Positions 48,320 to 60,500 of a stretch of 64,000 bases of DNA are shown here, in pieces. Below the pieces are notes generated by a model. That model ran no database searches. It was not told the origin of the DNA and saw nothing but the letters and a program-made list of their open reading frames with translations. The position numbers were made by a program, and so were the translations under genes. Positions within the stretch are counted from its first letter, which is position 1. Every line of letters begins with the position of its first letter. Source of the stretch: Amoebophrya sp. A120 (taxonomy: Eukaryota > Protista > Dinoflagellata); assembly GCA_905178155.1 (NCBI GenBank), contig CAJINV010000002.1, positions 10,952,634 to 11,016,633 of the forward strand, in the 5' to 3' direction.

Positions 48320-51300
48320 ATGGACAAGTACACGGAGTTTGTCGCTGCCGTGCGGCGCGACATTAATTGCCTGTCGGACCGAGATCGCATGACCAAGAAG
48401 AACGGATTGGTCCGGCTCGACAAGACCCTGCGCAAGGAAAGCGACCACACTCTAGTGAGTCGTCTTTTTGCGGAGGAGCTACACAAGCCCCTTCTCTCCT
48501 GCTTCGGCGACGGCATGGAAAAAGTGCGCGAAGTGGCTTTGGGACTGACTATGCATCTAATTGTCGAAACGAAGATTGTCACTGGGGAGGTGAGTTCAGT
48601 TGTTTCGCTTTTTCTGTGCCGGTAAGAGGTTTCGCTTTTACTCTCCGCAGCACTGGTCGTGGTCACTCCAGCCTACAATGGATGCCAATGGGGGGCCACA
48701 GCCAGCTGCACTTCTTATGGTATTACGACACAGATTACTTGACGTTTTTTTTTTCACGGCAAGACAAAATCATCATCTCGCGACGTCGCCAGGTGTTAAA
48801 CGACGTCCTGCCCCTTCTCCTTGCTGCTCTGCTAGGCAGGTTCCGTGTGCTCCCATTTCCTGAAAGCAGCGAGGAGCTCCGGTTTCGATTTCTGGAGTGT
48901 CTCGTCGAGCTTACGAAGCTGCCCGGACTGGACGTATCGCCCTACAGCCACGACCTTTTTGACGGTAAAAATTAAGTTTTAAGGTTTGGTGCAGAACCGG
49001 AACAATCAAACGCCGCGCTCGTCAGTCCTCTTCCTTCATTCATTTTTGCCCGACAGGCACACACGCAATATTTCAAGGCCTGAGATTGATGGGATGAAAC
49101 TGCTAAAAATAATAGTTTGTTCCTTCATCGACTCAAAGGTTTGTCGAAGGCCCTCACGGATTCCTTCCCAGATGCAAAGAAGCAAGCTTGCGCTCTGATT
49201 GCAGACCTCTGCAAGATAATCCCGCCCAACAAGGTACGTCTACTTCCAAAAAAGATGAATGGCCCTGAATTTTTATTGGCCACAGAAGCAAGATGCCTTT
49301 CGGCGTTGCGACATGGCAGATAATATACGCAGAAGCAGCTGTTGACGCCTTAGGAGGGTACTATTAAATGAAAGAAAAATTCCTGTTCAAAAGGTAGCGC
49401 GCTCAGGCAAGCTGTTGCTCCCGAACCTACTCGCAAACGTGCAGCACCAGCACTGGAAGGTGCGGAAGAGCTCCGTCGAGTGCCTGATGTACCTGATATC
49501 GGCGAGTACGGAAAACTACACCATGTTGGAAGAAATCTTTCCTATCTTGCACCAGCTTCTGAATGATCGGCACCCGACCGTGCGGCATGCGCTTGCGCAG
49601 TTGCTGATAAAACTGGTGTCAACGGGGCTAACCAGTCACTGGGCACAGGAGCGGATCGACTTTGAGGCGGAAGAGGAGCAGCTGATGCAATTTGATCGGT
49701 ACGAGCACCGACTGCTCTACCTGCTCCTGAACAGCATCGTAGACCAGGACGAAGTGCATGTAGGGAAGCCGGCCCTCGAGGGGTTCACCGGGCTGGCAGA
49801 TCTCGCGAGCGAATACTGGAAAAAATCTGAGGTCAGGCGCCTTCGCCGGGCCAAGAACTTATCAAAAGCAACATTGAATAAATTTAGCTGAACCATCAAA
49901 GTGAAATTCTCGTACTTGTTCCAGCAGCCCGACTGGAAGACTGCATGTAAATCAAATTTCCAGTGCTTATCTTGTATGAGTACTACTACGTCTCGCGTTT
50001 TTATTCTACTTTTTGCCTATAGAACTAACGAAGAAAAACGAGGAAAAGGCTACCACGGCAGCACATTGGAGCAGTCACAAATAGACCTTCAATTATTGTT
50101 TCGCGGGGCTAACAACGGGGAATTTTTCTTGGTTTCAGTAGACAATTTTGGTCCTGTTGATAGAAGATGGAGCGAGCGCAGGCTAAAGTCGAAGCGCAGC
50201 TGCAAGCCGAGCAGGTCGAGGGCGGAAGCACGGTCGCGAGCTCCAGCAGCAGTACGGAGGAGGAGGATATCGATGCAGGTGAGAAACGATAACATGTATT
50301 TTTCATCACACTCAAGACAAAGGCACAGTTTTATTTCGGATTATTCACTACTAGGAGTTGTAGTTGCTCTTAGCACTACGGTCCAGGCGATTGTCTTGCA
50401 GAATCTCTCGTTGCAGCGGCAATTTCTGGGGTCTTTTTACAACAGAAGTCGTCGGTATGAACAGAAAGCGGTTATTTCTCCTCGCCCAGGCATGACTATC
50501 TGTGTCTCCGGTACAACTGCGTGTTGCCTTCTACAAAATAGAGCACATAAGGCAACCACGCGGAGCCATCTTGCACGTCTGCTAGCAGCAGCAACGCAGA
50601 GACAATCAATCTTCAGCGAGATGAAGCAACTGTTTTCTTGTCCCGCCATAGCTGACGACCATGGAAATACGGAGGAAGAATGGCAGTTTCCGGACTTTGA
50701 TTCCATCATCGACGCTATTCTAGATGAAATCACCACCTTCACCCTCAAATTTATTTGTCATACGTGCTATGCAAAATGACTTATACGTAGTTTAGCATTG
50801 CAAATTGTTGAGGGCGATCCAGTTGATTTTTTATTGGAATAGACGCACACGCGTTGAACAGCAGCAACGTCATGGATTTGAAATCCCACCTGCCTTCCGT
50901 GTTCCACGATGCGAGCACGAGCGCAACGACGGTTCCCAACGCGCGCATGTGCTTCTACGTGGCCCGGCACGCCGAGCGCCTGCTGCCCCAGTGCCTGGGT
51001 AATTTGATCCAGTGGACTTCCGACCTCCGCATCGGCGCCGCCCGATTGCTCAAGATTTTCCTTGTGTTCCTGCACCGCAACGCAAAGGACAAGGTCGACA
51101 CCATTCTCGTGCACTTGTATAAGGCCATTGAGGACGAGGATGCGGCCGTGCGAAAAAGCGTCGAAACCTGTGCGCAAAATTTGAGCGTATTTCTCCAGGA
51201 CCCGGGGCTCATCGTGGCGGCGGTAAGCTGCGCCTGCGTCTTAATTTAAGTTTGATAAAACCACAACTTCCACTTGCTACACTTGCTGCTTTTACTGCTA

Positions 51301-53611
51301 CCCGCCGCGCTAGCTGCAATACTACGTGCTTTCTTGCCGTCGCTCCCTAGAAGTACCAAATTGCGCATCATGCGCTAATATTAAACGAGGGACGCGCAAC
51401 ATCTACTAAAAACACCTCAGATGTCAAAGCACTTGAACGTGAATCTGTCTTCGTCCGCATACCTTCCAGACAAGCAAGCCGCACAACATTGGGACGGCCA
51501 GAACGATGAATATTGGGGTGAAACGACGGTGAACCGCGCCAAAGTGCGCGTCTCCTCATCTTCCGAAAAAAACAAGGAAAAGCCCTTTGTGGCAATTTCA
51601 GTGGAGAACAAGCGGCAAGTCCTGAAAATACTAGCGCAGATACTAACCGTATTGTCTTTTTCATTATAGAAAATTGTTGAGATGGATTTTGTATCTGCAT
51701 CGGAATATTCCTGTCGTAGTTGGGTAATATCTGTGATGTGATCAACATGACGTCGGTTCAAAATGTTTAGGTTGTCACTTACGAATCGTTGTCGGGCGAG
51801 ATTCTTTCCCAAGTGATCCGTTTTCTGGAGGAAGCCACGACGCTGGACGAGCTGCTAGCCACGATAGTCGAGTTGCTGGACGGGATGCTCATAGCAAATT
51901 CAAAATCTGCAAGTTCCAAAAAGAGAACTACGGCCTCTACTTCGTCCTCCTCATCGTCTTCATCGTCGTCAAGTGCCAAGCTTTCCGTGCAGCTCGTGGA
52001 GACGAGTGCGGAAAAGAAAAAGGCGTTGCAGGAGGAGTGGCCTCGGCTGTTCGACATTTTGTTAAGGTGCAAGTCAAGCGTCGACCCGATGGAACGGAAC
52101 AGCAACCCCGAGGTGGCCCACATTCTGGAAAAGTCGGACGCAGCTATTCAATACCTCGCGTCGGAGATCTGCGGGTGCGACGTGCCGGACGTGTACCGGA
52201 TGCATTTGTCCTCCCAGCTCGCGGTGCTGCTCGAGAACGCGGACCAGCAGCAGTGGCCGGAGCAGAGCCCGAAGCGGGCGATCTTCGACTTGCTGGTCAA
52301 GAACAGCGTGCACGCCATTTCGCCGGAGCACCTCGACCGCATTGTGCCGGTGTTGGCGAAGCAAGCCTCGACTGCGCTGGGGGCACCGCGACACCAAGAC
52401 GACGAAAAGGAGGCGCAGGGGGTGTCCGCTCGGGCCCGGGTCGACATCCTGGGCATACTGCACTTTCTGGTGATCCAGTCGAAACAGCACGACGTCGTCA
52501 AGCAAGGACTCCAAAAGCACGCGCTTTTCTTGTTCGAGGAAATGTTGATGCCGAATGCGTCCTGGCGGCCGGGACAGAGCCACAATAAGATACGGAAAGC
52601 CACGATGGTCTGCATTCACCAGTTTTTGGAACTCAAGCTCATCTCCATCGAGGACCTCAGCACGGTTTTTCCAGACGTAAGGGCGTTGATGTTTTCCTTT
52701 TTCATCTTGTGGTGCAGCAGAACACAACGAAAATATGATTTTAGTTTGTGTTGTTTCACTTTTTTGAACTTTTTTCCTGTGTGCATTTCACGTCGGGCAG
52801 TAGAAACTAACAGAATACAGCACGGTGTCTGGGTGTGGGTGATCTTCACGTAGTTGATCTTCAAATGTGAAAAGTTTCTGATTTTTCACCAGATGCTTCC
52901 GATTTTGAAGACTTGCATGGACGATTCCTGGTCGCCCGACAATCGCATGGTCGCGACGCTAGTTGTCACGCTGGTTCTGAACACGTTGCCGGAGCAACAG
53001 AAGATCCAGGACGAGCACCTTCGCGACCTGTACCCGGAACTCTTGAAACGGCTGGACGACAGCCAGGACGAGGTGCGAGTGGTCACGTGCAAGGCGTTCG
53101 TTTCCTTCTTCCGCGCCCTGCCCGAGAAGTGGTCGGCGAACTTGTATCAGTACCTATCCTGGCAAGAAAATCATCAACTACATTTATTGGACTCGCGGTC
53201 GTACTACTAGAGTTGTGCTGAAGTGCTGCAGGTTCTTTCCTTTGATGTATGCAGGACCGACAAGCTAGAGGCTTTTTGTCACCACACTTGAAAAATCCGT
53301 AGTGCACCAACGACCTACAGCAGAGCAAGAATCGCCGTGGCTAGTGGAGTTGCATAAAGTACGTTCGAATTTCAGCTTTGAGTTGAGAAAACTTTAAGCC
53401 AGGATGCTCTATTCTGACTTCGCTCTTCATTCATTTCGACGACCCGAACCCCAAGATCCAGTTTGCCGTCCAGGAGTGCCTGGAGGCAGCGCTGCATCAC
53501 AACCTCGAGGTATTCATTCAGGAAGCCGAGAAGGCCTCGCCCAAGGCCGTGCATGCGAAGCAACTGGAGGACCTGATAGCGGTTGCAAAGAACTTGCAAG
53601 AGTGCGGTTGA
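48320..53611 (+). CDS. DNAAF5: Dynein axonemal assembly factor 5 (HEAT repeat-containing protein 2) homologue, ~10 exons
   Basis: Motifs recognised from memory of the family: RRDINCLSDRDR, ESSEELRFRFL, HQHWKVRK, WRPGQ..KIRK, LYPELLKRLDDSQDEVR, LFIHFDDP. GT-AG introns 48590-48792, 48965-49138, 49234-49393, 50279-50842, 51223-51420, 51649-51770 and 52677-52892, plus two TAT-type elements. Confidence 0.85.
49860..50162. mobile_element. Degenerate introner-like element (303 bp), DR GAACT/GAAGA
   Basis: TATCAAAAG...CTGTTGATA termini and a 3/5 DR match. Removal of element+5 nt gives RRLRRAKN-LERAQAKV in frame. A canonical alternative 49832-50163 is also in frame. Confidence 0.5.
53155..53406. mobile_element. 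Degenerate introner-like element (252 bp) forming the last DNAAF5 intron
   Basis: TATCCTGGCAAGAAAATCATCAACT vs end AGTTGAGAAAACTTTAAGCCAGGATG. Removal of element+5 nt gives LYQY-L-LTSLFIHFDDP. The nearest GT-AG pair (53150/53402) frameshifts. Confidence 0.7.
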
Positions 53612-54514
53612 CCGTCACCGAAATCATAATTGGACGCGTCGTGGTGCCTGACTTTCGTTCTCAGCGCCGCTTTGTCGTTCGTTTCCAGTTCAGAAGATGA
53701 AGATGCCTGAAATGCTGGATGCTAAGAAAGGACTTTAGACTTCTTTGTCAAGAAACGGAGTTATCTGAATGCGTGAGTAGAAGAGTTCTTCTGATTGTCG
53801 ATGAAAGTAACGACAGCGACGCTAACAAACATGTCTAGATCTCTTGCAGCTTAAGCTTTGGAGGTTTTTCTTGAAGCCTAAAATATGAGACGAGAAGAAA
53901 TGCTGGGGTATCTGATTTCATTTCATTTTGATTTCGGAACAACCCGGAAACTAGTCGACTGTCGTGTTCGCAGTGGATTATATACCCAAACTATACAGTA
54001 GCTCTGTGTTTTCTACCATCGTATGTCCTATGATTACTAATAAATCATAGGCTACACTTACACACCGTAAGTAAAGGCGAGGAGTGAAATAAAAGAAAAA
54101 CGAAACCAGGTTGCGAGAAAGTAACATCACTTTTAGTTGCACTGGACAGAAGATGACTCATGCAGGGGAATGTATGATTATCAACGCGGGTGTATTGTCC
54201 TTCGGCAAAACGCTTACGCGAGCATCTGCAGGGGTTGCCAATGGTTCTATTTTCACAACCCTCCTTGCTCGGTTATGCTAAAGCGCGAGGGTATCCCGCA
54301 ATGTGTGGAAGATCATCAAACAAACGGAAGGAGCGCAGAAGGAACACGAAGGGACTTCCTTGAGACGTAGTGCACTACACGAATATACATTGCGAAAAAG
54401 TAAAAAGGAAAGACGGACCTCGGCAATTCAGTGTGAAACGAAGTAGAAGTTTGTTATTTTTGTTTCGGTTGTCTGCGGTTGCGCGTGCAATTAATCACGA
54501 GTGCCTCGTTAGTG

Positions 54515-57500
54515 ATGAGTGCGGTGTCGCAACCAGGAAGCCAACGGTCCCCCGGTGTGGCGAGCGGCCAGGCATGTCCTTCCGGGGAGGACTACGACAA
54601 AGAAGATAGTCTTGCTGGGTCTCAGCGTGGGGGACCCATATTGAGGCGTCCACACACGACAGGACCGCCGCCTTCGGTATCTGTGTTCCCAGCCAATGTT
54701 GCGGCTGCGAACCCAGTGCAACGGCGCGCGTCGCTCGCGCCGCCCAGCGCAATGGGCTCCGCGAAGGCCTCCGTGCAGTTTTTTTCGCCGCAGATGAAGT
54801 CCCGCGGGCTCCTCCACAGCGCGAGTCAGCAGTTGACGCCGCGTATTCCGGGAGTCGGCGGCCTGATCTCGAGCACCGCCTCTCTTTCTAGCACGGGGCA
54901 GCAAACACCGCAGCCGCTACCACCGCGGCTGCAGCCCACGAACGCAGCCGCTGCAAGAGAAAAACTGCAGCAAACCGGCTCCACCCTGTCCCGCCAGCTC
55001 TTTCTCACCGTCGGAGCCACAGCAAGTAGTACGGCGGGTGCGCCCACTCCGATGACCTCTACCACGAGTTGTAGAGATCCTTCTCAGCCACAGCAGCTGC
55101 AACGCAATCTTCAAAACGGGGGGATCAACATTGCGAACGCTACTACAACGCCACTGTCCACAGCGAGAGGCGAAGCGAACGGCGACGTGGACGGACAGGT
55201 GGTGGATCTGGCGCTCGGGAGCAGTACGAATGGAGGTCTTCTCGCATCGCAGCAACTGGACCACCTCCCTGCGGATGCCAACAACCAGACGCCGACCACA
55301 CGGAACCGGTCCATGTCCATTGAGCAACAAAGTCCCCGCGTGTACAAGGTCGGAAAAGCGTGGTACGCTAACGTAGCGCCGAGCCCCCGGCTGGGTCTCA
55401 AGTCCAAGCTCGCGAATGCAGACATGTCTCAGTTTTTCAATCCCCACAGTAACATCTCCCCCGTGGCGTCGAACGTAGTATCGCCGAACCTATCGGCCAC
55501 GGCAACAAGTGGGATGATGGTGCAGGTTGTACAGCCCGCGGTGTCTTTCTCCGCAGCGACTACTACGCAGAGTTGTAAAAATTCGAGTCGGACCAACACA
55601 AACGACACCTCCGACTCAACGGCGGCAGGAGGGGCAGCGGGGAGCAGCAGCAAACCGTTCAAAGTTTCGCCAACCAGGTGGCCGGCACCGCCGGGTGCCA
55701 TGCCTCCTCTCGAGGGCAGTGCTGGTAGCGAGCATTGGGGCTCCTGCAACGTTGCTGCGGGGATTGCTCCTGGTGGTCGGAGATCACCCATAGAACACAC
55801 ATCGTCGCTGGAGTTCTCTTTGGTGCCTGTAGTTGATGATCAGCATCAACACGCAGCTGCGCTGTCCCCGCAGCAAATGAAGAGGAGCCCCCCTGCGTCG
55901 ACAGGCGCGGAGCAGGTTGATCGTGTGAGTCTGACCAACAACGACAGTACAAAGACACTACCACCTGCGATTTTTTCTGACGAGCAGGAACACGACACTG
56001 TAGAGTATACAGGAGGCGCGGGAGCGGCGTTTACAAGAACTGTTGGCCCATCTGCTCTTACTGCTGGGACAGCCCATTCCACAGCGCAGGAACGTGAGAA
56101 GCATGACTCGCACGAACAGCAACTGCGCTGGAACGTTGTTGGTCAGGTGGCGCTGCAAGGCGGCGAGCAGCAGCGTGGCGAGTTGCATGCACCCGTTGGG
56201 GGCTCCTTCACTGGTAGTGCCCCTGCTCCTAAGGCAGGAGTGCGAGGTGGAGGAGAGCCCGTACATGTGATCGCTTCGAAGCACAATTACACTATCACGC
56301 AGCCGCAATTGCCGTCGTTTGCCACCCACGTTGCAGGAGCCGCTTCATCTGCCGCCTCCCCTCCTTCAGTGAACCTACCCGGCAGATCCAGCACCGGGTC
56401 TAGTGTGATGCAGCCACAAGTTCCAGCGCACGTAAAGAACAAGACGGGAAGAAATTATACCCCGGCAGCCGACGAAATAGGCGATAAGGGACTCCTTGTT
56501 GATCCGAAGCTGCAGAAGCATGATATTGCACAGAGCACCCAGACGAGCAAAGGCAACTACATTTCTGGAGCCTCGCCACCGCGAGAAGGGGCGGCCGTAG
56601 CCGTAGCTGCCCCTCCTGCCGCGGGAAGTAGTTGCAACGCTGGTGTGGGGGGAGGTGCCGGAACAATGGCTGCGTCTTCTTCGCCGCTCGGAGAGACCAG
56701 GGAGCAGCTCCATCACACCATCTCGTTGGTTGAAAAGCCGAATCTGAGGGAGGTCATGCGCGAGGTCGGGCGACAGTGGTTGGCAGATCTGCAGAACGGG
56801 ACAAAATTGGACGAGATTCCGAAGTTTTCCCCCATCACCACCGTGTCCTGCATGAAAACGCTGGATGCTAAGCGGCTCAGCATCATGCCCACGCCCCGCA
56901 CCGACGGTCTACTAGACCAACAACTGTACACCGCAAATCTGTCTCAGAGCCAGAGGGAAGCCTTGTTGCTCTTTGATGACGTTCCAGACGAAGAAGAGGA
57001 GGACGAACGAACCCCATCAACAAACCGCAAGCCGGATACTGATACGGGAATCGTAAACGAAGAAGACAAAGATCTTGCTGAAAACGAAGAACACGCGGAC
57101 CAGGAGGCTGGTCTAGTGCCCCCTTCTCGAACCAAAAAGCGCCTGTTTTTTCTGTCGAAGAAGGAGCTCCTGGCTCTGATCGAAGAAGAGACTGAGACTT
57201 CCAGCTTGAGAGACGACGTGGACCTGTGCCAGGCGGAGCTTCGGCGGTTACTGTTGCTCCTCGAGACGCCCGAGGTGTACCAAGTCTGCGTCTTTAGCAA
57301 GCGCCAGGTGGCGGCTCTGATGCGGAAGCTGTGCGTCCGATTCGCAAAAGAAAAAGAGACAATGGAGGGAAAGTATTGCTTGTAATCTGAACAATATCGA
57401 TAATTGTTGGCAGCTTGTTGCTTCTGTATCGTTCTTTTCATGTGTGATAGATTCATCTTCCTCTTGCGAACATTTTTGCATCAGGCGCAAAAATGGAGGC

Positions 57501-60500
57501 GTTATTCTTGCGATCAAATCATGAACAAGGTTTGCCAGCTCGGTGAGGGAGTTGCAGGCGTCGCATGAGTATCAAATGTAAAAATGTCTGGGTCTGGAAG
57601 AATGCAACTTGTCATGCTGCATTTGGATTCCAGAAAAATCTGTATTGCATGAGTACCAAAAGGAATGAAATTTTTGCAACGCGGAGAGGGCATTTGTCAT
57701 GCGGAATAGGCATCAAGAAGCTCCGAAAAAATCTGTGATGCTAGGGCATGCATCACAGACATCAGGGCTCATGCAAAACGTGCATGACAAGTGTCAGAAT
57801 GTTCCAGACCCAGACATTTTTGCATTTGATAATGAGTCCGCACTCGCTGCGGACAAAGAGGCGAGCATGGAGGTTTTGCAGGAGGCGGACCAGGTATCAA
57901 AAGAAAAAAGTTCGTCACGATCACTCATGGGCATTTTTGCAATACAAAATTGTCTGTCATGCGTAAAAATGCATCACAGCCACACTTTTTAAGGGATTTC
58001 CTTAGTGTTTCTGCAAGACAAGGAGAAGTTGTGATGCTCAAAAAATTTGTAATGCAAAACCTGCAACTTAGTGACTGTGACAAACTTTTTTCTCTCCATA
58101 CCAGGCCATCCAGCAGATGGCAGAAAAGAGCCACGCCCTGGAGACCCAGAACGAGACACTGCAGGGGGACAACGCCCGGCTGCAGATGGAAAACACGCGC
58201 CTGTTAAACGACATGGAACGCCTCAAGAAGGAAATCCAGCAAGAAAACACGATGTTCCTGGAGCGCATCGGCCTGTCGCGAAAGGACATCCACGAGGGGC
58301 TGCTGACTGGACACCGCAAACTTCTGACGGACGACGAAATGGAACAAGCGCAAACGGCTTGGACGAATCGCGTACACTCGGAGAAAGAGACGGAAATGCA
58401 GCATTTCAAGTATAATTGTGCCGCGGTCTACTTTCGTGTTTGCTCACGTCCGCCGCGTATTGACACGCTTACATCGAAGATCAAGAAACCGCCCGCTTCA
58501 AATTGATACGACAAATGATATACTTCCCAAAATTATAGGAAACACACGACTCTGCCTCTGGGTTGATGGGCTGATGTCATGCTATGGTAAAGACGAAATA
58601 GCAACAATCGACACCAGTATGTATGAATGGTTTTCCTGAAAATGCTTTGCTGAGGTTCCAAATCGCACACCTCGAAGACGAGATGAAGCGGTTGTATGCT
58701 GGACAGCTTTCCTTTACCCGTTACCTTTTCAAAGTGAAGAGAACAAAAAGACGGTGCGCCGTGCATGTGCATGTGCAGTTTCAAACGCACCGGCTAGAAA
58801 AAATCATTCTTTTTTTTCAATGGCCATGACTTCCAAAAGATAAAGAAAAATGCGTGGAATCTGTAAGAGATCCGGACTACTGAGTTGAAATGGTACTTGG
58901 GTCAAGGAAGAGTTTTCCAGAATACGTGGAAGACCGAGTACGATGCCCGCCTGAAGCAGTACCACGACAGCTACCAGGAGCAGGACAAGCAGATTCAAGC
59001 GCTGGAGCAAGAGAAAGCAGAAATCTCCAAGGCACTGGACGGCGAACAGGAGAGAGCCGCGGAGAAGGACGCACAATTGAGTGCAGGAAAGGAGGAGTGC
59101 GAAACTTTGGAAAAGCAAAAGCACGAAGCCGACGCGGCTTTGCAGCAGAAGCTCGAGAGGATAGCGCAACTGGAAAAAGACCTCGCAACCTCGGCAGCGG
59201 AATCTGGACAGCGGGAGGAAGCTATCCACGTTTTGCAGAAGGACAAGGAGGAGCTCTTGGAGGAGGAAATCCGGAGGAAGGAAAGTTTGTCGGTGAAGGC
59301 CGCGGAGATCTGGCAGCTTCACCAGAAACTGCAGGACGCGAAAAGGGTTTCGGAGCGCCACGAGGCAAACTACGATGCGGCGCGCACCGACAACGCCAAG
59401 CTGCGCGATGAACTTGCGGATCTCGGTGAGAAGCTGGTGTCCACCATCGATTTTCACCTTTACAACGGTGCTTCTCCTTCAACTGGGGCCCACCCCGTGG
59501 CGCAACCACTGGATGTTAAACCGTTCCAGCAACAGCAACTTCAGCTCGGGAATTCAAACAGCACGTCCAGTCTGAATAACAACGGGTCTGTCGCAGTTCC
59601 GGCGCCGAATTCCGCCTCGTTAAAGTCCCGAGCGCAGAGTCTGCAAAACCGCGGCTCGTTGCAACCGCAGCACTTTGCGGGGGTCACGCACGCCGGGGCC
59701 AGTAGCTCATCGCCAACGGATTCAAATCTGGCCTTCTACCCCTACGCAAAAATGAATTCGAAGAACGCGATGAAGCTCGGGCCTGCAAATGCAGAGCGCG
59801 ATGTTTATGGTGCCCGAAGCGGCGCCAGTCCAACAGAAATGGTTCTTTGATTTGCCCGTTGACTTGTTTCGTATTTTGTTTTTGATGCCCAATAGCATAC
59901 CAACCGGGAAGAGCTGTGTGAAGACATGTATTTCTCACTTGATCATCAGAAAGTTTGCGCTTCTCATTTTCATGTGATAAATGAATTTCGAACTACTTAT
60001 GTGCTGTGGTTCATTCTCAATCTTAGGTGATGGCATCTGCCCGTGACGGCACCAGGCTAGTACGGGAAACCCAGCGGCTTCGAGGCGTTATCCGCCTGAA
60101 GGATTCGCAGCTGGACAGCCTGCGCCAAGACTGGCATCGGACACTAGAATCCGAACAGGAAGAGAAGATTGCGCGCGCCAAGGCCACTGCGAACTTGGAA
60201 GATTTGGAACATTTCCTAGAAAAGTGTTTCCCAGCGGTGCTCCAAAAAGTCATGCTGATCCGCAGCGGGCAGGAGGCACAGAGCCTGAATCTTCAGAATC
60301 TCCACGACGAAGGTGCAGCACCGCCTAGTGAAGATCTTGTGAAAACAAGAACGCGACAAGAAGGTGCCCATGCGGAACTGCAAGCAGCCGACGAGACAGC
60401 AGCATCACCAAAGGAACCCGAGCAGTCAACTACAGCGTACCAGCAGCTCGAAAAAGGTGGCAGAGGTGAAGACTCGGACGCGTTGCAGCAACATGACCAG

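Noticed and set aside
49901-50779. 292-aa + strand ORF
   Set aside because: Spans DNAAF5 introns and overlaps a true exon in a different frame. Composition is not protein-like.
58411-58906. TAT start with TCAAG repeated at 58406 and 58902
   Set aside because: No ATA end or TIR, and the join is out of frame. Two GT-AG introns with a 36-nt exon explain the region.
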